Positions 37,607 to 45,841 of a DNA stretch of 64,000 bases are shown one piece after another; within the stretch, counting starts at the first letter, position 1, and each line of letters begins with the position of its first letter. Made by a program: the position numbers and the translations under genes. The DNA comes from Vicinamibacterales bacterium (GTDB taxonomy: Bacteria > Acidobacteriota > Vicinamibacteria > Vicinamibacterales > 2-12-FULL-66-21): NCBI GenBank assembly GCA_035758845.1, contig DASTVZ010000178.1:34713-98712 (forward strand), in the 5' to 3' direction. The notes below the pieces were generated by a model, which saw only the letters and a program-made list of their open reading frames with translations, made no database searches and had not been told where the DNA came from.

Positions 37607-37647
37607 GCAACGTACTTCGAAAGTTTCCCGCCTTCGACGCGCTCCGC

Positions 37648-37698
37648 TTAGCAATCACAGCAGGAGCCGACAACCGGAAGCCAAGAGCTCGTAAGCCG
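37648..37698. repeat. degenerate heptamer array (NNNAGCC)x~7, approximate complement of GGCTGCT
   Basis: TTAGCAA TCACAGC AGGAGCC GACAACC GGAAGCC AAGAGCT. Confidence 0.6.
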
Positions 37699-37746
37699 GT
37701 ACATTTTGGTCGGGTGCCCTTTTCACTGACAACCCCGCACATTTCG

Positions 37747-37775
37747 TTGACACCCCCGCACACGCTTCCTACAAT
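37747..37775 (+). promoter_or_regulatory. sigma-70-type promoter candidate for parAB (TTGACA-17 nt-TACAAT)
   Basis: TTGACA at 37747-37752 and TACAAT at 37770-37775 with an exact 17-nt spacer, 37 nt upstream of the parA ATG. Confidence 0.55.
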
Positions 37776-37811
37776 GGCCGCACCCCCTGTGAATTCACAT
37801 GCATTGACGCG

Positions 37812-38567
37812 ATGATCGTTGCGATAGCCAACCAGAAAGGGGGCGTGGGGAAAACCACGACCGCGATCAACCTGGCGGCGGCTCTTTCGTTGCGCGGTGC
37901 CCGAACCCTCCTCGTCGATCTCGATCCTCAAGCGAACAGCACGATGTCGTATGTGGACATGTCGACGGTCACGCGCAGCGTGTACGACGCTGTCGCGGAA
38001 GCCTCGTGCAGTTTCGCCGACGTCATCGTCCCGTCGACGCAGCCGAACTTGTGGGTGGCGCCTTCCCGCATCGCCCTGGCGAAGATCGAATCAAAGCTGG
38101 TCGGGGAGCTCGACGCCCATTTCAGGCTCAAGGATCGCCTCGATCCGATTCTCGGCGACTATCCCAACATCGTTATTGATTGCCCGCCGACACTGGGCCT
38201 CCTGACTGTCAACGCCCTGGTCGCGGCAACGCACCTGCTGATTCCGATTCAGTCGTCATATTTCGCGCTCGAAGGGACTGACGATCTGCTCGAGACAATC
38301 GAGAAGGTGCGGACCCGAGCCAATCCGAATCTGCGCATCCTCGGCGTCGTGATCACCATGCACGACAAGCGCACCGCGCTCGGCCGCGACATCCGATCGC
38401 AGATCGACAAGGTATTCGGCAACAAGGTATTCAAGACCGTGATAACCAAGAGCGTTCGCCTGGAGGAGAGCCCGGCCTACAAGGAGTCGATCTTCTCCTT
38501 TGCGCCCGAATCGACCGGCGCCGCCGAGTATTACCGGCTGTGCGAGGAGGTCATGGATCGTGCCTAA
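37812..38567 (+). CDS. parA: chromosome partitioning ATPase ParA/Soj
   Basis: Deviant Walker A (ANQKGGVGKTTT), IDCPPTLG, 251 aa. Confidence 0.93.
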   Translation: MIVAIANQKGGVGKTTTAINLAAALSLRGARTLLVDLDPQANSTMSYVDMSTVTRSVYDAVAEASCSFADVIVPSTQPNLWVAPSRIALAKIESKLVGELDAHFRLKDRLDPILGDYPNIVIDCPPTLGLLTVNALVAATHLLIPIQSSYFALEGTDDLLETIEKVRTRANPNLRILGVVITMHDKRTALGRDIRSQIDKVFGNKVFKTVITKSVRLEESPAYKESIFSFAPESTGAAEYYRLCEEVMDRA

Positions 38568-39381
38568 GCGTGGTCTTCCGCAAACCGTGCGCATGCGGCA
38601 CGACGAGCACTATGTCGAGGCACTGACGAGCTCGGCAGGTACGCCCGTCGGCCGCATGGTTCCGATCGATCAGCTCGATCCGAATCCAAATCAGCCTCGT
38701 CAGGTCATGGGCGACCTTTCGGAGCTGATGGCCTCGATCGCCGAGAAAGGGATCATCGAGCCGATCATCGTCCGACAACGTGGAAGCCGGTTCCAGATTG
38801 TCGCCGGCGAACGCCGATACCAGGCCGCCGTCCAGGTGGGACTGCGCGAAATCCCTATCGTCATCAGGGAAGTCGACGACAACGAGATCATCGAGATTGC
38901 GCTCGTCGAAAACATCCAGCGGAAGGACCTGACGCCGTTTGAGGAATCCGAAGCGCTGCACGCGCTGGCGGAGCGTTGCGGCTACACGCACGAGGACATG
39001 GCGCGACGGCTGGGGAAGTCGCGGACCGCGATTACCGAGTCGTTGTCTCTGAATAATATGCCCGACGAGGTGAAAAACCTTTGTCGGCTGGCCGACATTC
39101 ACTCCAAGTCACTGTTATTACAGATAGTTAGGCAAGGCGACCCGCAGAAAATGGTCGCCTTGATAGAGAAACTCGGCCGCGACGGCGCCATAACCCGTGA
39201 AGCCGTCCGCAAAGAGACCGCCAAACCGAAACCAGGACGGCCGAAGGCCTACATCTTCAGCTACAGGGCACCCACCAAGGCGTTTAAACTGCAGCTGCGG
39301 TTTACGAAGTCCCGGGTCGATCGGGACGAAGTCATCGCAGCGCTGCAGGAAATCATCAAAGAACTGCGCGCCCAGTCGTAA
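38560..39381 (+). CDS. parB: chromosome partitioning protein ParB/Spo0J
   Basis: ParB box (IIEPIIVRQ, VAGERRYQAA) and an HTH (YTHEDMARRLGKSRTAITESL). GTG 38560 overlaps the parA stop by 8 nt. The track start at 38500 is probably too long. Confidence 0.9.
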   Translation: MPKRGLPQTVRMRHDEHYVEALTSSAGTPVGRMVPIDQLDPNPNQPRQVMGDLSELMASIAEKGIIEPIIVRQRGSRFQIVAGERRYQAAVQVGLREIPIVIREVDDNEIIEIALVENIQRKDLTPFEESEALHALAERCGYTHEDMARRLGKSRTAITESLSLNNMPDEVKNLCRLADIHSKSLLLQIVRQGDPQKMVALIEKLGRDGAITREAVRKETAKPKPGRPKAYIFSYRAPTKAFKLQLRFTKSRVDRDEVIAALQEIIKELRAQS

Positions 39382-39412
39382 CTCGCGGCGGCGTGGCGGC
39401 GGGCGGCGGGCT

Positions 39413-39468
39413 GGCTGCTGGCTGCTGGCTGCTGGCTGCTGGCTGCTGGCTGCTGGCTGCTGGCTGCT
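39413..39468. repeat. perfect tandem heptamer (GGCTGCT)x8
   Basis: Eight exact copies plus partial units on both sides (39408-39475). Begins 32 nt after the parB stop. Confidence 0.95.
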
Positions 39469-39514
39469 GGCTGTGATGGTCGCTATGAAAGCGACACGCG
39501 TCAAGTTCTTGCCG

Positions 39515-39627
39515 CGAAGCCGAAACGCGAGGAGCCGGGAGCCGGGAGCCAAGAGCCAGGAGCCGGAAGCCAGGAGCAGCCAGGAGCCGAGAACCGAGAG
39601 CCGAGAGCCGGAATCGGAGCCCGAACC
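39515..39627. repeat. degenerate heptamer array (RGGAGCC)x~15, approximate complement of GGCTGCT
   Basis: AGGAGCC GGGAGCC GGGAGCC AAGAGCC AGGAGCC GGAAGCC and onward. One fixed mismatch per heptad against AGCAGCC. Confidence 0.8.
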
Positions 39628-39819
39628 AGCGTTGTTAGTTAACATAACACTCATTATCAGACCCACGATGTTTGGTCAGAAAAACAGGCCTGTGGAAGGT
39701 TTGTGGACGATGCTTAAGGTTTGCCGCCCTGGCGCCGCTCGGTTGGCGCCGCCTTTTGGCTCCCGGCTCTCGGCTTGGCCGCCAACAGCCAGCAACCGGT
39801 GGATAATCACTAGGTAGCA

Positions 39820-42204
39820 ATGTTGCGAACGATCGACCGGTACATCATCAGGGAAACCATCCCGCCGTTCTTGCTCTCGCTGGTCATCTTCACGTTTCTG
39901 CTGGAAATCCCGCCCGTGATGCGCGACCTCGAGATGCTGGTCGCCAAGGGAGTCTCCTGGCCGGTCGCTGGCCGCATCGTCCTGACCCTGATTCCGCAGG
40001 CCCTGGGGCTTACCATTCCGATGGCCCTGCTGACCGGTCTTCTGATTGGCCTTGGACGTTTGTCCAGCGATCGCGAGACGGTTGCGCTCCTAGCGTGTGG
40101 CGTCAGCCCGCACCGGTTGTTGAGGCCCGTACTCCTGATGGCGACGATCGCGGCGGGCGCAACCCTCTACGTCATGGTCAAGGCGCTGCCCGACGCAAAC
40201 CAGACGTTCCGGGAAATCACCTTCGACGTCATCGCCAAGCAGGTCGAAAACGACGTCCGGCCGCGCGTGTTCTTCGAGAATTTCCCGGGCTGGGTGCTGT
40301 ACGCGCGTGACGAGCCGGAAGACCGCGTCGGCTGGAAAGACATGCTCGTCGCGAACACGGCGAGGCAAGATTCGACAGAACTGTTCCTGGCTTCCCGTGG
40401 CCGGCTGATTGTGAGCCGCCAGGAGCGCCGCGTCGATCTAGTACTGACCGACGGGACGCGGTACGCGACCGGCAAACCGGGTGAGACGCGTACCTATCGC
40501 TTCCCCGGCGATTTGACGATGGCGTTGAACCCGGAGAAGGTGTTCGAGAAAGCCGAATTGCCGCGCGGGTTGACGGAGAAGACGATCGCCGACTTGCAGC
40601 ATGACAGGCATGTGAAACTCACTGGCAACCCACAGCTCTCGCCGCACCCCGAAATCATCTTCATGGAGCAGAAATTCTCGGTGCCGTTTGCCTGCTTCGT
40701 GTTTGCGATCATCGGGCTGGCACTCGGGCTGTCGGTGGCCCGCGATGGAAAAATGGGCGGGTTCGTGATCGGCATCGCCGTCATCTTCGCCTACTACGTG
40801 ATCATGTACCTGGCGGAAGCGCAGACGCAGGGGCACTACCGGGCGATAGAAACTGCCCACCAGCTCAATTCCGCGAACTTTGCGCTCGCCCACCTCGCGC
40901 GCTGGTGGCCGAACATCATCCTGGGGATATTTGGAATCGGCGCGCTCGTCTGGCGCGATCGCTTCGCCAGCCGTCAACTTCCGCGAAGCTTCCCCGTCCT
41001 CGTGCCGCAGCTCGCCAGGAGGTGGCGCGGCCGTCGGGTCGCAAGCGAGCCTGCGTCGATTCCCGAGACTCTCAGTGGCAAAAGACGCAACGTCGTCGTT
41101 GTCGTAAGAGTGCCGAAATTTAAACTCCCGAGTGCAGGCCTCATCGACCAGTACGTGAGCCGGATGTATCTGCGCGTAGTCGCGCTGGCGTTTCTCGCAC
41201 TTGTCGGTCTTTTTTATATCTCCACGTTCATCGACGCGTCCGACAAGCTGTTCAAAGGATCGGCAACGGGTACGATGATCATGTCGTTGCTCGTTTACCG
41301 GACGCCGCAATTCGTCTACTTCGTCATTCCCATCGCGGCACTGCTCAGCGTGCTGGTGACCTTCGGACTGCTCTCGCGCACGAGCGAACTGACGGTCATG
41401 AAAGCCTGCGGGATCAGCCTGTATCGAGTCGCGCTGCCGATCGTCCTCCTGTCGCTGCTCTTCAGCGGCGCATTATTTGCCCTCGACCAGGAGATTCTCG
41501 CGCGCGCCAACCGCCGCGCGACCGCAATCGACGATCAGATCCGCGGCCGCCCTCCGAAGACGTTCAATCCGCTCAATCGTCGATGGATAATCGGCCGCGA
41601 TGGCAGCATTTATCACTACGGATACTTCGATCCGCGACGCGAAACCCTCACGTCTCTGAGCGTCTACCGGCTGGTGCCCAATACGTGGAGGCTCGCCTCG
41701 CAAACCTACTCGGCCACCGCTGAATTTCGGAATGGATGGACGGGCATCAACGGCTGGACCCAGGATTTCACGGGGGCGGCGGTAAAGGGGCGAACGTTCA
41801 GCCGCGAGTCGCTGCCGCTCGAAACGCCGGAGTACTTCAAGACCGAGGACACTGAAGCAGATCTGATGACCGTGGCACAGCTGCGGCGGACGGTCCGAGA
41901 ACTGGCGGCAACCGGCGCGAATGTGGTGCCGCAGCAAGTCGATCTCCAGAGGAAGCTCGCGTTTCCATTCGTCACGTTCGTGATGACTTTGCTCGCCGTG
42001 CCGTTTGGCGTGACGACTGGCCGGCGCGGCGCGCTGTATGGGATTGGTCTCGGGATTGTGCTGGCGCTCACATACTGGTTACTCATGAGCGTCTTCGTTG
42101 CCGTCGGAAAGGCTGGCCTGCTTCCACCACTTCTTGCGGCGTGGACGCCGAACATCATTGTCTCGGCGACCGCCATCTATCTGCTTCTTACGACGAAGAC
42201 CTAG
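39820..42204 (+). CDS. fused LptF-LptG LPS export permease (two YjgP/YjgQ modules)
   Basis: 794 aa. The first module starts IDRYIIRETIPPFLL and the second starts near residue 440 with IDQYVSRMYLRVVALAFL. Each module has 6 TM segments plus a periplasmic beta-jellyroll insert. Confidence 0.8.
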   Translation: MLRTIDRYIIRETIPPFLLSLVIFTFLLEIPPVMRDLEMLVAKGVSWPVAGRIVLTLIPQALGLTIPMALLTGLLIGLGRLSSDRETVALLACGVSPHRLLRPVLLMATIAAGATLYVMVKALPDANQTFREITFDVIAKQVENDVRPRVFFENFPGWVLYARDEPEDRVGWKDMLVANTARQDSTELFLASRGRLIVSRQERRVDLVLTDGTRYATGKPGETRTYRFPGDLTMALNPEKVFEKAELPRGLTEKTIADLQHDRHVKLTGNPQLSPHPEIIFMEQKFSVPFACFVFAIIGLALGLSVARDGKMGGFVIGIAVIFAYYVIMYLAEAQTQGHYRAIETAHQLNSANFALAHLARWWPNIILGIFGIGALVWRDRFASRQLPRSFPVLVPQLARRWRGRRVASEPASIPETLSGKRRNVVVVVRVPKFKLPSAGLIDQYVSRMYLRVVALAFLALVGLFYISTFIDASDKLFKGSATGTMIMSLLVYRTPQFVYFVIPIAALLSVLVTFGLLSRTSELTVMKACGISLYRVALPIVLLSLLFSGALFALDQEILARANRRATAIDDQIRGRPPKTFNPLNRRWIIGRDGSIYHYGYFDPRRETLTSLSVYRLVPNTWRLASQTYSATAEFRNGWTGINGWTQDFTGAAVKGRTFSRESLPLETPEYFKTEDTEADLMTVAQLRRTVRELAATGANVVPQQVDLQRKLAFPFVTFVMTLLAVPFGVTTGRRGALYGIGLGIVLALTYWLLMSVFVAVGKAGLLPPLLAAWTPNIIVSATAIYLLLTTKT

Positions 42205-42207
42205 AAA

Positions 42208-42293
42208 TCGGGATCCGTTGTCCGGGATCCGGGATCCGGGCTGCGTCTCGAGATCGATACGGAAAACGGATCCCGGACTCCGGATCCCGGCAG
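42208..42293. repeat. CGGGATC/GATCCCG heptamer-armed hairpin, copy A
   Basis: The left arm 42208-42240 and right arm 42266-42293 pair at 21 of 25 positions. Confidence 0.85.
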
Positions 42294-42303
42294 CGCCCTA
42301 GCG

Positions 42304-42334
42304 TACCAGTATGCTAGTATACCAGTGTGCTAGT
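42304..42334 (+). promoter_or_regulatory. candidate GntR operator: two 15-bp direct repeats TACCAGT(A/G)TGCTAGT
   Basis: 42304-42318 and 42320-42334, with one mismatch. Each is an imperfect palindrome, and the second covers the GTG start of the GntR gene. Confidence 0.45.
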
Positions 42335-42713
42335 TGACATAGATCCGTCCGACCCGAGGCCGGTGTATCGGCAAATCGTCGACGAAATTCGAAGGTGTGT
42401 CTCGGTGGGAATTTTGAAACCGGACGAGCCGCTGCCGGCGGTCCGCAAACTTGCGGGCGAATTGAAAATCAACGCGAACACGGTTCAGCAAGCCTACCGG
42501 ACGCTCGAGCACGAAGGTGACGCGTACGTAAAGCGTGGACTCGGGACGTTTATTACTACTCGCGCGAAGGAAGCTGGACGCGGACGATCAGCCGCGATCG
42601 CCCGGCAAATCGCCGGGAAGATGCTGCGTGAGGGCTTTCGCCACGGTCTGTTGGCGAGCGACCTGATTGCTGCACTTCAGGAAATCACCCCTCGAAAAGA
42701 CAAGACCCCTTAG
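42327..42713 (+). CDS. GntR family transcriptional regulator, short YtrA-like subfamily
   Basis: 128 aa. Winged HTH (PVYRQIVDEI...LPAVRKLAGELKINANTVQQAYRTLEHEG). Confidence 0.85.
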   Translation: MLVDIDPSDPRPVYRQIVDEIRRCVSVGILKPDEPLPAVRKLAGELKINANTVQQAYRTLEHEGDAYVKRGLGTFITTRAKEAGRGRSAAIARQIAGKMLREGFRHGLLASDLIAALQEITPRKDKTP

Positions 42714-44405
42714 CTATTTCACGAATTTCACTCCGGCAATCGAGATCGAATTCTGGCCTCCCGGCAGCGCATTCGTGAGATCGACCACGAACAGAAGTGA
42801 ACCGGCACCGGTCGTGTCGGGTGCCTGGCCCTGCTGAAAGTCGGCAGGGACCATTCCGGCGACTGGAACCGAAACCTCCCGTCGCTCATTGTCGACATAG
42901 ACCGATTTCTCCCAGCGCTCTCCCCTGCCATTTCGATACCGCAACTGCACGGACACCCGACCAGGATGCACCGCGACGATTGAGAATCTGATGGCCTTGA
43001 ATGTCGCGGCCCGTCCCTGGAAATCGGTGACCGCTGCGGCAAACTGACTGCGCCGTGTACCGCCAGCCAGCGTGTAATCAAGCCTCACCTCGCCGCCCGA
43101 AGCAATGATCTCCGCCTGCGTATCTGGGTCTTTCTCTGCGTGCCAGACTGCATCCGGCCCAAGGGGAACCGTGACATCCGGCCCGAATGTCGGCATCTCG
43201 ATCACGAATGGAGCACGGTAGAGGGCATTACTCACAATCCACGGCACGGCAGGTTTGCCCGGCGCGTACGGGACACGCGCTTCGAACCGCACAATCCCCA
43301 TCTCCTCTTTGGTCAATTGATACCGGCCGGAGGCGCCAGCCCTTAACAGCGGGAACTCGCGACCGTTGCGTACCATTACCAGCTCGGCGCCGTCACCGAT
43401 TCCGTAATCAAGCCACGCTCCGGGCCCGCCTTCGCGCGAAGCGACTTGGCGAGATCTCGCCGAAGCCTTGGCGTCGGCGGGCGGATCGGACTCGACGTCA
43501 AAATAACCGGGTGCGGCGATCGCGTCGATCAGCGTAAACACTCGCCCTGTCCGAACCGCCGCCAGGAGTTCCCTGGCGTCGGCCGCAGCATCGCCGGAAA
43601 ACGGCCGCTCGAGAATCGCTCTCGTCGTGAAGGTTCGAAAGCTTGCTTCGTATGACGGAACGGTGCCCAGCGCTGGACGCCGCTTCCCTCCTTCTTCCAT
43701 CCCTCGTCCGATTCCACCGTGAGCATCGACACCGGCGAGGGCCACCACGGGACGTCGCTGAATCACGTCATCCCAATGCGCGAACGTCGCAATCGGACGA
43801 TCGAGCAGCGACGCGAGCGCAGGTGCTGGCCGCACCAGGTAATCAAAAAGGACCTGGCTGATTCGGGCGCGAGACTCATCGCGCCATTCGCTGTCCGCGC
43901 TGAGCCATTCAAGACCGTCGAAAGGCGCATCCCAATCCTTCCAGGCCAGCTGGGATCTGGGTGAATCGGGATGGGCGACGATGCCAAATCCTCCGAGCCG
44001 CTTGACGTCTTCGACGACGGCCGACGGTTCGCCGCCGAGAGGATATGGCGCGGGTCGCATGTCGAGCGCGACGTAGTGTCCGCCGTTGGTGCTGATTTCG
44101 ACCGCGTCCAGGCACAACACGCCATGAAGGTATGCGGGCGGATCTGGCGTCCGCATCCCGTCGCCGTGATCGGTAAGGATGATGAATGCGAGACCCGCGC
44201 GCGATGCCGCAGCGGCAATCGCATCCTTGTCAGCCGCGCCATCCGATCGAGTGGAGTGGATGTGATACGCACCGCTGACCGTTCGCCGCATCAGCTCGGG
44301 ATTTACGGTGACGTTCGTTTGCCTGGGCTGCGGCGGAAGTGTGGCGAGCAGGAAAAAAATAACGGCGGCCGCGATGGCCGCCGTTACTAGTGCTACCTTT
44401 CTCAT
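42714..44405 (-). CDS. PHP-domain (CehA/McbA-like) metallohydrolase with a C-terminal beta-rich domain; N-terminal membrane anchor or signal
   Basis: YHIHSTRSDG and LTDHGD PHP motifs. N-terminal hydrophobic segment VALVTAAIAAAVIFFLL. Confidence 0.7.
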   Translation of the reverse strand: MRKVALVTAAIAAAVIFFLLATLPPQPRQTNVTVNPELMRRTVSGAYHIHSTRSDGAADKDAIAAAASRAGLAFIILTDHGDGMRTPDPPAYLHGVLCLDAVEISTNGGHYVALDMRPAPYPLGGEPSAVVEDVKRLGGFGIVAHPDSPRSQLAWKDWDAPFDGLEWLSADSEWRDESRARISQVLFDYLVRPAPALASLLDRPIATFAHWDDVIQRRPVVALAGVDAHGGIGRGMEEGGKRRPALGTVPSYEASFRTFTTRAILERPFSGDAAADARELLAAVRTGRVFTLIDAIAAPGYFDVESDPPADAKASARSRQVASREGGPGAWLDYGIGDGAELVMVRNGREFPLLRAGASGRYQLTKEEMGIVRFEARVPYAPGKPAVPWIVSNALYRAPFVIEMPTFGPDVTVPLGPDAVWHAEKDPDTQAEIIASGGEVRLDYTLAGGTRRSQFAAAVTDFQGRAATFKAIRFSIVAVHPGRVSVQLRYRNGRGERWEKSVYVDNERREVSVPVAGMVPADFQQGQAPDTTGAGSLLFVVDLTNALPGGQNSISIAGVKFVK

Positions 44406-44471
44406 TCCGCGAACCGCGTCGGCTGAGGCACCCTAGGTACTCCAGGCACCCATGGCCCTGGCACCGGTCTT

Positions 44472-45647
44472 CTAGACCTTTACCCCTACCGCACTCTTGA
44501 GGCCGGCGTCTGCCTTGATGGCCTCTGCTTTGTCGGTGCGTTCCCATCCGAACTCCGGCTCGGTGCGGCCGAAGTGACCGAAGGCTGCCGTCTTCTTGTA
44601 GATCGGCCGTCGCAGATCAAGCGTCTCGATGATGCCTTTCGGGGTCAGCTTGAAATGTCCCCGCACGATTTCGCTGATCCTGTCGTCGTCGATGAGACCG
44701 GTATCAAAGGTGTCGATCAGTACCGACACGGGTTCGGCGACGCCAATGGCATACGCGAGCTGGACCATGCAGCGGCTCGCCAGGCCAGCGGCGACGACGT
44801 TCTTGGCGACGTAGCGGGCCATGTAGCACGCCGAGCGATCGACCTTGGTGGGATCCTTGCCGGAGAATGCGCCGCCGCCGTGGGGTGCCGCGCCGCCGTA
44901 GGTGTCAACGATGATCTTGCGGCCGGTGACTCCCGCATCGCCATGCGGACCACCGACAACGAACCGGCCTGTGGGATTGATGAGGAAGCGAGTCTTGCTG
45001 TCGCGCATGTTCTCGGGGATCACGCGCTTGATGATGTTCTCGGTAACGTCTTCGCGCAGCTGCTCGTTGCTGACCGAATCGCTGTGTTGTGTCGAAATCA
45101 CGACGGTATCGACGCGAACCGGGCGATCGCCGTCGTATTCAACGGTGACCTGTGACTTCCCGTCCGGCCGAAGGTAGTCCATGACGCCTTCCCGGCGCGC
45201 ACGGGACAAACCCTTTCCGAGTTTGTGCGCCAGCATGATTGGCAGCGGCATGAGTTCTTCGGTCTCGGTGCACGCGTAGCCGAACATCAGTCCCTGATCG
45301 CCCGCACCGCCAGGATCGACGCCCTGCGCGATGTCCGGCGATTGTCCGTGTATCGTTGAAAGAACTCCGCACGTTTCGGAATCGAAGCCGTATTTTGCGC
45401 GCGTATATCCCACGTCCTTGATCGTCTCGCGGACGACCCTTTGGAAATCGACGTAGCAGTTCGTAGTGATTTCACCGGCGACAATTGCCAGTCCAGTCGT
45501 GACGAGCGTTTCGCACGCCACGCGGGCCAGCGGATCCTGGGTGAGAATTGCGTCGAGAATGGAATCTGAAATCTGATCGGCGATCTTGTCGGGGTGTCCC
45601 TCGGTTACCGATTCGGACGTGAAGAGATGGCGGCCTTTCCGGCTCAT
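44472..45647 (-). CDS. metK: S-adenosylmethionine synthase
   Basis: 391 aa with [19 protein letters not shown] and GGGAFSGKD motifs. Confidence 0.97.
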   Translation of the reverse strand: MSRKGRHLFTSESVTEGHPDKIADQISDSILDAILTQDPLARVACETLVTTGLAIVAGEITTNCYVDFQRVVRETIKDVGYTRAKYGFDSETCGVLSTIHGQSPDIAQGVDPGGAGDQGLMFGYACTETEELMPLPIMLAHKLGKGLSRARREGVMDYLRPDGKSQVTVEYDGDRPVRVDTVVISTQHSDSVSNEQLREDVTENIIKRVIPENMRDSKTRFLINPTGRFVVGGPHGDAGVTGRKIIVDTYGGAAPHGGGAFSGKDPTKVDRSACYMARYVAKNVVAAGLASRCMVQLAYAIGVAEPVSVLIDTFDTGLIDDDRISEIVRGHFKLTPKGIIETLDLRRPIYKKTAAFGHFGRTEPEFGWERTDKAEAIKADAGLKSAVGVKV

Positions 45648-45788
45648 GCGTGTCGGGCTCCTTCATGCTGCGCGATCGCCCGCCTCAGGACGCGGCAACA
45701 GTGCGCAGGCGCTTTCATTGGGACTTGCTCGGAAGTTCCGAGGAAGCAGGCGCACCGCCACGGAGGGCGGTGCGAACAAAACCGAACA

Positions 45789-45817
45789 AATATATCAGCT
45801 TAGGAGGATCCGAGCAA
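45789..45817 (-). promoter_or_regulatory. sigma-70-type promoter candidate for metK (TTGCTC-17 nt-TATATT on the minus strand)
   Basis: Minus-strand hexamers at 45817-45812 and 45794-45789. Predicts a 5' leader of about 135 nt. Confidence 0.4.
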
Positions 45818-45841
45818 TCTCGGACCGCGCACAAGGCGGGT

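Noticed and set aside
39408-39627. Possible CRISPR array
   Set aside because: The repeat unit is only 7 nt and head-to-tail with no spacers, and there are no cas genes. It is a microsatellite-like array, not a CRISPR.
37374-39817. ORFs translating the heptamer arrays (for example ...FWLLAAGCWLLAAGCWLL..., QQPAASSQQPAASSQQP)
   Set aside because: The repetitive peptides are by-products of translating (GGCTGCT)n. A 7-nt period shifts frame every unit, the arrays sit between well-defined genes, and no start or RBS context supports them.
37553-39820. Canonical parS site (TGTTNCACGTGAAACA) near parAB
   Set aside because: I could not find it by eye in the flanking spacers or gene ends. A proper pattern scan of the whole window and genome is needed before concluding presence or absence.
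45648-45790. Calling the metK leader a SAM-I riboswitch
   Set aside because: The conserved SAM-I core segments I recall (for example GAGGGA...GCCC..UGAA..GCAACC) are not present by eye. I kept it only as an unclassified structured leader.
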